Below are positions 1 to 12,200 of a stretch of DNA of 64,000 nucleotides, piece by piece. Numbering within the stretch: position 1 is the stretch's first letter; each line of letters starts with the position of its first letter. The translations under genes and the position numbers were made by a program. Source of the DNA: Perna viridis (Eukaryota); the NCBI GenBank assembly GCA_037379345.1, contig CM074515.1, forward strand, positions 3,038,001-3,102,000, given 5' to 3'. Under the pieces are notes generated by a model. The model was not told where the DNA came from. It saw only the letters and a list, made by a program, of their open reading frames with translations, and did not search any database.

Positions 1-37
1 ACTATAGATGCTGTGACTGGTTAATTTCTATTTTTAG

Positions 38-239
38 ATATGCTATATTATGGTTGCTGTAACTATCTGTGTGAGAGTGGATGTCTACAGTGTGGTCTAT
101 GTTGTTATATTAGGTCTACTTCTTGTTCTAAGTAGGAGGGCAAATGCTATCATCTGGCCACTCATCACAATAATTCTGGCAGTTCTCTTACCTATCCAAT
201 ACCTGTTATGTCTGGGGCTACCCACAGGGTTATGTTTAG
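38..239 (+). CDS. Piezo: Piezo exon (ICYIMVAV...[11 protein letters not shown])
   Basis: tttttag acceptor, G|gtgagt donor, phase 0 to 1. Confidence 0.9.
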
Positions 240-3200
240 GTGAGTGAGATTTGATGCCAAAGTCCAGTATCTTCATACAACAATTGGTTATTCTTGATGT
301 AGTGTCTCCAATATGCCTTTAAATTTCTTGATACAGTAAGAAATTTTAAAATCTAAGTGTTATATCTGTTTTTACATGTTGCAAGTGATAAAACTGACTT
401 GACTTGTATTCTTTGCTTTCATTACAGAGTACCCTTGGACACATATAGAGATCTTTGAAAGGAACTTAGAGAAGTGGCTGTATTTACCAGACTATTTCTT
501 CCCACCTAATGCTGTCAAACTTGTTGGTAAGTTTAACATTAATTAGTCATTTAGTATTAAAGTAAGAAAATAATCTTTACTGTTGATGTTTTTCCTACAA
601 AGGTGAGTATTCTATCATATTTCAGCTGATCCAGCTACTGTTTGACTTACAGTGGCAGGTATTAGGCAAGGTTCTTTTTATATTTCAGCTGAACTGATCC
701 AGCTGCTACTGTTTTGCCTACAGTGGCAAAAATTCATGAAAACTTTTTTTTATATTTCAGCTGACCTGATCCAGCTACTATTGTTTTGCCTACAGAGGCA
801 AAAATTCATGTAAACTTTTTTTATATTTCAGCTGACCTGATCCAGCTACTGTTATTTTGCCTACAGTGGCAAGTATTCAGACAAGAATCAAGTCAAGGCA
901 GTGACCATCCAGGTGGTTCCAACAAAGATATCTTGCCTGGTGTGGAGGCTAATGTTCCTATCAAAGTTCCTGATTTCACTGGACATGCCAAGTTAGTATA
1001 ATTGTGCTTACCTACACATTGACGTACTATTAATTCAGACGTCACTGCTCAAATTTATTATGATCTAAATTTTGGGGTTTTAAGAAAAAATAGAGCATCA
1101 GTCATATTAAAAATTCATTAGTATAGTTACGTATATACTCAAGTACAAGTCAATCTGCCTGTAAGTTGGACCCCCCTTTTCAGTCCAAAATTTCTGGATC
1201 CTAGCCTTGACCTGCTTATAAGTTGGACTCATTACTGACAGCTGCATCACTAACATTCCTTAAATACAATGAGTAAAACTGTTTGTTTTGATAACTTCAA
1301 TAAATGATGAAATAAATAATTACAAGCCAGAGTTGTTTTTGTAGTGTTAAGTAATTATGTATCAGTCTTTATAAAAAATCAGACATGAGGTGATTCATGT
1401 GTGTCAAAAAACTACCGAACTCAGTTTTATTTCTTGTTCAGAAACTGCTGTAGATCACATAACCAGTCTTAGTTTTTCATTTGAGGGTGCGCTTTTGTGA
1501 TAAAATTCATAAAGATTGTACATGAAATTAGATCCATAGGTTTTTCTACACCAGAATCTTTTTATAATGGGCAGTGTCTGAATATGTATGGATTGGTACT
1601 TAAATTCTTGACACGCTATGTGGATTATTATGAAATGGCCATTTATTCATTCATTTTAATTTTGATACAACTAACAACCCAAATTAAAATCATAAATATA
1701 GTGAACAACAGAGAATAAAACAGAAAGTTTATGATACTTTAACAACTCATTTTTGAAATGTTTCAGTAAGTTAAGAGGTTTCACCTTGAAGAAAAAAAAT
1801 GCATAAAAATAATTGTCATTACTGACTGAAATATTGATTACTTTTGTCACGAATTATGGTACGTTATTGGGTCATGTTTCTATCACACCTTTGTGTCTTT
1901 GACTATATGAGTGTACACAAGTGAAAAACAATACACAAAATGGATGTGTGGGAAATAGGAATAAAATCATAAATGACCTCCAGTATTTTTGCAAAATAAA
2001 GACTAAACTGTAAACTTAATTTAGCTGTAAAAGGTAGAAGATCTAGACAGTCTTTCTAAAACTGACGTTTTACAATTTAACATTGGGGAAACTGGCTTCT
2101 GTCTGGCTGGTTAATATTGGTGTCACACTCATGTCAGTTATCAAGCTTTTGACATTTTCAAGCTGAAAATTTTATTTCATAAGGTAAATCTTGTCTATAA
2201 GTTGAAACTCCTCTCAGCAGTTAAAAATTTAGTCCCAAAAATTTGACTTATAGGCGAGTATATACTTTTGGCAATATTTAGCTAGCCAAATACAATAATA
2301 AAAAAATCACAAGAAATTTGGAAATAAAAGTGATTTTTTGTTTATTTTTTATTCATTTAATTAAAAAGTCAGAACATTAAAATGTAGACTTGACATGGTT
2401 TATATATTCATAACACAACTCACTACTGTAATAAGAAAGTATTATTCAAAAATGCTTTTATTGATAGTCTTACCATGAAATATTATGTTTTATTTACAGG
2501 TCCTACCTTGATGTTTTAAAGTATGGTATCTTTACCTATATGTTCTGGGTGACTTTATTTATAATGTTTATAACTGGAGCTACCAGAATCAACCTGTTCA
2601 GTATGGGATATGTTATTTCAGTGTTTGTCTTTATGTGGTATGGACAAGAGTTTCTTCTCATCCCTCTTCGAACTATTAGGAGAAGGTGAGAAATTGAAAG
2701 ATCATTGCTTATCAAACTGTTTATATTTGTCCTATATAGTGGAATAAGCTCATTTTCTTGCCATGACACACCAAAATCTTTTAAATTGGTAGTCACTTAT
2801 TCTTCACCAAGCATGCAGCTTTTATGAGTGAGAACTGGTTGGTTCTATCAGATTAATGTATCCATGTGAGATGACATGCTTTTCTACAGGCTGTTAATTC
2901 TGTGAGCTTGCACACAAAAATCCAGCTCGGTGTTCAAAGCATGGTGATCAAGTTATGCTCATTAATTTTCTGTATGTTCCTATTGTCAAATCAGCGGCAA
3001 AAATTAAAATGCTTACAGAACAAGTATTCATGGAACTGTGAATACAAGTACTTGCTCAATATTTTTATTTAATGAGAAAGAGAAAATTGCAAATTCCTGT
3101 TTACCAATCTTTGTTTAGAGTTACCTTTAACTTTTGTTTATTCCAGATGGAATTTCCTGATAGGTTACTGTTACTTTGTCTTGTTTATGAAGGCTATACT

Positions 3201-6200
3201 CCAGCTCTTGGGCTGTGTGTTTATAGATAAACTGTTTGAGGATTACTGCTGGTTAATACAACTGTTAGGACTGACTTGTCTTAATCCTTCACATGTATTC
3301 AACAGTGGTAAGTTCATGGTTCTTATGACATTGTAGTTTTACATAGAATCCTGTCCTACAGCAACTATAAAGCTACCTTTATACTGAGTACAATTCTAGA
3401 ATGATCAGTTTAAATAAGAAAAGTTATCTACAAGAAGTGAAAGTGTGGGAAATTTACTAAAAATACTAAATTAAATTCTACTAATTAAGAAATGTAATTG
3501 ATATTTAATGTTGCTTTGTTGTTCCAGTAGATGTTGTGTTGTTTCTTCCCAGTAGATGTTGCTTTGTTGTTCCTTCCCAGTAGATGTTGTTGTGTTGTTC
3601 CTTCCCAGTAGATGTTGCTTTGTTGTTCCTGTTGTTGTGTGATGACAGTTTTATTACTTGCTCACCTTATGTTCAGTGCTCGTCTTGATGGAAAGATAAT
3701 CATTGGTCTTTTGAAAAAAAAAAGGGCGTACAGACATATATTTTATGCTTAGGGAACTCTTATTTACTTTATTTTAGCCCCTTGTATTTTTATTTTGCTT
3801 TTAACAATTTCTATCCTTCTTTAGTTCACTCGATGTTGTTTATGTGATGTTTTTTGTTTTGTTTACCTTAGAGTCAGCTAGTAAGTATACATAATTATTT
3901 CTGTTACATTATTCTTGTCTAACCATGATCTTTTGTTTACCCTCTGTTGATTACTAACAAGAATCGAGTTCAGATTATCTAGGTTTGTATGGATAATAAC
4001 ACCAGGACTCCTTCCTGATACTACAGAACTGAAGTAGATGGTAGGAGTTGTATCATGTGCCAGTCTCTGGTGGTGATATTTCTAAAATAATTTTGCGGAA
4101 CGTTTTGTGGGAAAAAGAAATGGGAGGAAATCTTGCAACTCTAGAATTATTGATATCTTTGTCATCCTAAATCTATACTTTAAAACATGGTATTATAAAA
4201 TTATTATTTTTGATTTTTTTCTTTGGGGATGGTGAATGCATTTTGCAATAAAATGTTCTGCAAAATATTGAATGCTATTGATCCTATGTCTGTTTTATTA
4301 TGGATATGTACTGAAGAACATTGTAAAGAGCTTATGAGTTCATGAAGTCGTTTACTGTCAGAATAGATGCTTATTTACATGAACTGGCCTAGCTGTACAA
4401 TACTAGAGAAAGTTTTTAAGTCGGAGAACAGACTTTTGGGATTTTATAACATCAAAACATCCCCATTTTCAGACTTAATTTTTCTCAAGCTTCTTGCTAA
4501 TTAACACCATTTAAGCTTTATTTCAATTAATTGTAGGGTGCTTTATCAGATGTCTAACACAGAGATATTAACTTCAAGAAAAGAAATGAAAGATTATTTT
4601 CTCTCTGTTTTATCCCATTATTGGTAGTAGAGTTTTTGTCAAATGTCAAAATGTGTGTTTAGATTTATAGATATGGTAATGTGAGGTTAGTTTCAATGAA
4701 TAAGATAGGTTGGTTCTGATTTCATGTATTATAGATTACTATTTTATCAATGTAAAACCATTGTCTATTTCCAGGGAACTGTATGGTAGAGGAAGATGAT
4801 TCAGGCCTTGCCTGGGATGTGATTTGTTTCACATTCCTTCTGTTACAGATGAGGATTTATAACAGTCATTACTTCAGACATGTTGTAATTACATGTCAGG
4901 CACAACACAACCTAGCATCAAGGTAGGTATCTACAGTAATTACATGTCAGGCAGTACTCAACCCGGCATCCAGGTAGGTATCTACAGTAATTACATGTCG
5001 GGCACAGCACAACCAGGCATCAAGGTAGGTAACAAGTTCACTAAATTATCTATCTCCCTATGAGAAATTTCAGAACAGTTGGTATTATTGGAATGTATGT
5101 GACATCCTATATGTATATATGCTTGGAACATGAATTTTCAAAATTGTTCTGTTGAAAGTGATATATTCGCAGTTAGGATGTGATTGTTTGAACAAAGTAG
5201 GAGCTATTAAGAATACTTGGTATTGTGATAATGTGTATATATATTTCCATTATGATAGTATTTGCTAAGTAATTAGGATCCTGGCTTTACTGATCACTTA
5301 ATTTACAGAGGAGCTAAGCTTATCACATTGAAAGACTCTGCCTGTTCTGTATTGTACATATTGTTTACAGAGGAGCAGAGTTAATTAACCAATCCTTGGT
5401 GGAGAATGTAAAGAAACAGAAGGAAGAGGAACAATTGGTTCTGCATAACATAAAGAAAAAGATGGAGTCAATTAAGGAGAAACAAAGACATGTCAAAAAA
5501 GACTTTATTGTTCCTGATGAACATTTCCAAAGTGAGTACTTTACAGACTTTACTGTTCCTGACGAACATTTCCAAAGTGAGTATTTTACAGACTTTATTG
5601 TACCTGATGAACATTTCCAAAGTGAGAATTTTACAGACTTTATTGTACCTGATGAACATTTCCAAAGTGAGTATTTTACAAAATTTCAGCAAAAGGAAAA
5701 ATACCTACCTTTCCCTTTGAGTATAATCTAATCTCTACATACACATACTAAAGTTGTTATTTATCTACATGAAAATTTTAAAATTCAGCTATCAGATCAG
5801 GTGACTATTACCTCTTTGATGACACCAGTGACCATGAGGAGGAGGTTGAGGTCAAGGACAGTATTGCCCTTGGTCGAGATGAAGAAGGAGATGAAACACC
5901 AAATCCTCTCCAGGTACTTAGAACACATATTCTAGACAGTGCTAAACTATGTTATTCATGAATGCTGTAAATTTTAAGGACTGGACTTGAATTAAAATTT
6001 TACCCACTTTAAATTTTAATTAATAGTTCTATTGAATACAGAATTGACTTGAATTACAAGTTTTGTCCTATATATTGACCTGTGCAGCCCAACATAATCC
6101 TGTAAAGATGTTTGTCTTAACGGTGTTCTTTTCATGGAAGACCAAAATTGGTTTGAAGCAGTTGAATATGTTAGTTCAGGGCTAGTCTTTATCTGGCCAT

Positions 6201-9200
6201 GTTCTTGTTTTTGTCAAAAGTCCTATGAAACTGGAAGTTTTCACATGGAAATGAAAGTGTGATGACCATCATGATAGATTTTATCTATTTATATCAATAC
6301 TTTCACTATGTTATAGAAACAATGGTATTCCACTCTCACCTTTTACAGATATGTATGATTAAACTGATTTTTTCCATCATAATTTAATGAATCACAAAAG
6401 TGTGAGTATAACTTATAGAAACAATATTCTTAGTCTGGTAGAAGAATCTAATACAATGATATATGTTCTATTTCATTTTTAGCTTATTTCAACAGCAATA
6501 CATTCTGGTCCAGATGCTGCTATTGAACAAGCCGAGGAGGCTGAAAAGGTGAGTCAGTCTGGAAATATAACACTTTTTGTTGAAGTAATTTTTTCTTTGT
6601 TTGGGGAAATTTTGTGTGTGTTATTTAAGCCTTATTGTTGCAATTTGAATATCATAGTTTCCAACCATATGAATAAGTTAGTATATGAGTCAAAATCTTG
6701 ATTTGACGAACTGTTGAAAACCATGAAAAATTGTCTAATATCTAATATCAAGTATTAAGAATGAGGAATGAGAGTTACAGTGCTTCATTAAAGTGTAATA
6801 GATCGATAATCTATGAATAAGAAGGAATTATGGGAGTTTTTTTGCATACAAACTTTTTTTCTGTGGTAGATCAAATTTTCATGAAACTTGATATACTGAT
6901 TGTCATTGTATGCACATTAGGAAAATGTCCAAGTGTAAGCACATATCTTTTACATACTTAAAACAATTTAAGTGATATTTCAAATTGTTACATTGTCGTT
7001 GTGCATAAATATGTTTCTTAATGTTGTATTGAATTACTATTATATTTCAGGACAAAGAAGAATCTAGCCAGCAAGAGGAGAAAGAAGATAAAAAAGAGAG
7101 TGAAGAAGATGCAGGTTAGTAAGGCAGTCTGGATTAGACAACTTTCTGGTCTATTCATTGATCTTTCTTACTGTGTCCAAAAAGTAGTGGAAAAATAGGT
7201 CCTTTTGATATAACATATGGTAGAAATATACCTTGAGAGTTATCTAAATCAACCAGAAGCATACCTAGATTTGTATTGAAGGAGGTACCAATCCATTTAA
7301 AAGTGTTATAATAGAAATCGGTTAGACATTATTCTCAATTGTGTGGATATCTACAGCATTTTCATGTTGAGAAACCATTTGAACTTGGTTATAACCCCCA
7401 GTGATAGGAAAAGATCAAGTATTTTTTTGAAGTTTTTACCCAAGTTGAGTTAGCCCAAAGAAAAAGTATTATGTATCTTTGGTGTGCTTTTTTGCAATGT
7501 TTAGGAGTGATGATAGAAGTAAGAATATATGAATGTTTTATGTATTTACAGATATTATAGACAAGACAGGCACTATACTGAAATTAATACAGACACTCTT
7601 ACAGAGTCTTTGTGATTCTGTTATAGAGACATGTAATGCTATTTCTAAAAACTACAGAATGGTGGCTGATGAACTGGAAGAAGAGATTAAACATGCCAGA
7701 CATAAAATCAGGGTACAATTAGTTCATGTACTACAATGTTTACATTTATATGACAAATAATCTTGTCATTACCTTGTTTTGGTTTTATAAGTAGTGTTCA
7801 TCACTTTTTTATTTGAAATTTCTGTTGTTGAAATCTTTCTAAACGAAAGACTGATTTGTATTTAGTTCACTACTTTGGGTACATCAAAGTAATGTATAGC
7901 AGAATTATTATGTGTTATTACCCACCTTATTATAATTTAGAAATAGTTATGTGTCATTGTTTAATCACATATAAGTTTTTAGGTTTTTTTATGTAAAAGT
8001 TGTAATCTTCACTCTATAAATAAACACTTCCAATGCATTTGAATGGTAGTTAGGACCCATTCTCATGAACTGACAATAGTGACAAGACTCACGAACCATA
8101 GAATATTTAACACATTTTTGAATTGCACACTATTATATAAAACGTATGCAGTATGCCATGATGTAGTAATGTTATTCCTTAACAAGTGACATTACATAAA
8201 TCAAGCAAGGGATACCAATGTTCATATCTACGCAGAACTCTTTTATATAATACAAAGGACATCTTCTCTTTGATAACTTAGAAAATGTTAGCTTGTTTTA
8301 AATAATTTCAGTCTGGTCAACAAAATCTGGAAATGGAAGAAAAGAAATTGGAGCCTGATAATGAAGAAGTAGCTGAAGATGGACAACCAACGTAAGGCTC
8401 CTGATTACTTGTTGGTTATAATTAATTTCTAAAAATGTATTCAAACTTCTGCCAATTTTAGATTATTTTATGGTAAAATTCTTATTTCAAGATTTATGAT
8501 GATAAAAAGGAAACTCAGTTTAATGTAATGAGAAGAGTTTTGATGAATTTTGATTTGTTACAGAAGCACAGATCTAGTTGAAATACAGATATCTCCTGTA
8601 GATGATGGAGCAAAGGGAACACCAAGGTATTTATTTAGATCCTCAACATTTAGAGCTTGATTAATTGAAATAAAATTGTACTTCTATTTTCAAAAAAACT
8701 TATAAACAAACTGTAAGTTAGTTATAAATGATTTTTTACATGTTTCCTGTGTATTTTTCTATTGACTTTGATTTGGATGTTAAGTTAACAACAGAGGGAC
8801 TTATTTCATTTGCAAAGGATAATTATTGATCCAATGTTCTGATTCTTAAATATATGAATTCTGTCATAATGGATGTAAACTTACCATACTAGTGGCCCAT
8901 TTAATGTATTTCAGTAAGGACAGTACAGATGGAGAGAAACAACAGAAGTTTGAGAAGAGCAAGTCTCGTGTCTACCTGCTGTTAGAGGCTCTCTACTACC
9001 TCCTCATCTCACGTACAGAACTGATCTGTTACTTCCTCATGATACTGAACCAGATAATATATGCCAGCTTGTTGTCCCTTCCTCTACCTCTAATGGTCTT
9101 CCTCTGGGGAATGTTGTCTGTACCAAGACCTTCAAAGAGCTTCTGGATCACTGCTATTACATATACTGAGGTATGAGTCATGCAACAACAGAAAAATAAT

Positions 9201-12200
9201 GATAGGATAATTGATTGGAAAGAGTGAATAACCAAAATATGATCATGAGTTAAATCTTCTTGGCACAAGTTGTTGTATTTAGTTATTCACAATAACCAAT
9301 TGATTATCCTATTTTTTTATATAGATTTCCTGCCTTATTTATTGCTATTTTCGACATAAAATTCAAATTTTGTGAAATGTGTATATACATGTAGTGATGT
9401 TTTGTGACGTTTTGGCAGTAGAAAGTACAAGAGTGAAATTGCCAAATTTATTCACAGTATGAATTATTGAAATTTTTACACTGTAAATATTCAGTAAATC
9501 ACTGCTATCTATATCATACTGTCAAAGTAGTTCAATTCATGGATACCAATTTTTGTGGATTAGGGAAGGTACAAAAGTGCATGGATTCTTGAATTTGTGG
9601 TTTTGGGGATTTCAGTATACACATGAATTTGAATCTATTGTTCGTGTCTGGTATGTCTTAGTTTAAGGCAGTTGTAATGAAATCACTACCATTAAGTCCT
9701 ACGTGTAACTTCATATGTATACATATCACTGTACTTCCTGCTTGTATAAACCACGGTGAATACTGACTGTACATCTTGCTGGTATATATCACGGTGAATA
9801 CTGACTGTACTTCTTGCTGGTATATATCACGGTGAATACTGACTGTACTTCTTGCTGGTATATATCACGGTGAATACTGACTGTACTTCTTGCTGGTATA
9901 TATCACGGTGAATACTGACTGTACTTCTTCCTTGTATAAACCACGGTGAATACTGACTACATCTTGCTGATATATATCATGGTGAATACTGACTGTACTT
10001 CTTGCTGATATATATCACTGTGAATACTGACTGTACTTCTTGCTGGTATATATCATGGTGAATACTGACTGTACTTCTTGCTGATATAAACCACGGTGAA
10101 TACTGATTGTACATCTTGCTGATATATATCACGGTGAATACTGACTGTACTTCTTGCTGGTATATATCACTGTGAATACTGACTGGACTTCTTGCTGATA
10201 TATATCACGGTGAATACTGACTGTACTTCTTGCTGGTATATATCACTGTGAATACTGACTGTACATCTTGCTGATATATATCACGGTGAATACTGACTGT
10301 ACTTCTTCCTTGTATAAACCACGGTGAATACTGACTACATCTTGCTGATATATATCACGGTGAATACTGACTGTACTTCTTGCTAATATATATCACTGTG
10401 AATACTGACTGTACTTCTTGCTGGTATATATCATGGTGAATACTGACTGTACTTCTTGCTGATATAAACCACGGTGAATACTGATTGTACATCTTGCTGA
10501 TATATATCACGGTGAATACTGACTGTACTTCTTGCTGATATATATCATGGTGAATACTGACTGTACTTCTTGCTGGTATATATCACTGTGAATACTGACT
10601 GGACTTCTTGCTGATATATATCATGGTGAATACTGACTGTACTTCTTGCTGTTTTCAGGCCATTATTGTAGTAAAGTACTTGTTCCAGTTTGGATTTTTC
10701 CCATGGAATTATGACATGACAGATTTAGATCCATTCTGGCCCCCAAGGATCATTGGTATAGAGAGGAAAGATGGATATGCTACTGCTGATCTTATACTTC
10801 TACTTGCTCTATTCATCCATAGATCTATATTGAAGGTATGTAAGTTGATATGTATTGGCTGAAACATTTAATGCTTCGGTTAGGTCATACCATTTATTAC
10901 ATATCCTGGAATATTTGTTCACAACCAAAATCTGTTTCATTTTGATTTTATATGACTATCACCAGTTATAATAAATCTATAGATCCTTTTAATTTAATAA
11001 AATTGATTAATAACTGTTATCCATGACATTTCATAGTAAGATAACAAATCAAAATTGACTGTAAAGAATTATAGGAGACCATTAAAGAAGTGTCAAAATA
11101 ACAAAAATCACAACTTTCAAGTTTTTAGGTGATGAAGTAGGACACATTGGTATAATTTAGGGAAGATTTCTACCTACAGAGCTATTTAAATAACTAATTA
11201 TTATTTGATAAGATTTTTTGCAACTGACATTTTATGTTTTGTTCTCAGAGATATGGTTTATGGAAGGATGCTGAAGATATCACAGCTGATTATGACAAGG
11301 CAGAACTAGAGTCTTCATTCTCCAATTCTCCTGCTGCAGAGGTACAAAATATATATAGTGTCCTCATTCTCACGTTCTCCTGCTGCAGAGGTACAAAATA
11401 TATATAGAGTCTTCAATTTCACATTCTCCTGCTGCAGAGGTACAAAATATATATAGAGTCTTTATTCTCCCATTCCATTGAAATTCATTCATAGTCATGA
11501 AGTAAAAAGAAAATCTCATTTTGATACTATAAAAAATGTCTATTCTGAAATTGTCCAAAGTTCTTTGCCTTGTTGTAGAGAAAAGAATTAGCAGCGTCAT
11601 CTAGTGCACAGAGCACAACCAGTATAGAGGAGTCTTTGGAGGACCCTGAAACAGGGAAGAAGAAGAAAAAGAAAGCTAAATCTTCTAAGTAAGATTTGAC
11701 AGGGTTTACATGTGTTTAAATGTGAAAGGTTATGAGAACTAATCACTTATTTCCATATATGAAATTGAAATACTGGTAAGAATCCACTACCCTTATTCTA
11801 TTCATGGTCTACAGACGTAACATTGTCACTGGAAATGCTGATATTTTAAGTATCATAGCAGTAGCCTGAGATAGAAATATCAGGCAGTAAGAACAGTAAG
11901 GCACCAACCGAGATAGAAATATCAGGAAGTAAGACTAATAAGGTACCTATCGAGATAGAAATATCTGTCAGGAAGACCATTAAGGTCTACACTCTTCTGT
12001 CATACTGATTAACCTAATCATAATTTAATTCTTTGTTTTTAATTGAGCAAATGTTTCTTTCTTCAAAGTTGAGGAGTATTAAAAAAAAAAAATTGAAAAC
12101 AAGAAAAATAACTTGTGATTTCAGATTAAGTATGGTAGTTAATCCATTCAAGGAGTTCTATAGCCAAGTAACCAACCCTGATTACAATGCCACAACTGAT

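Noticed and set aside
9730-10651. Regular 38-bp repeats (also the 50-bp array at 20545 and 45-bp array at 31577, with small hairpins) superficially like CRISPR arrays
   Set aside because: Units are head-to-tail with no unique spacers, there are no cas genes, and the context is eukaryotic introns/intergenic DNA; these are minisatellites.
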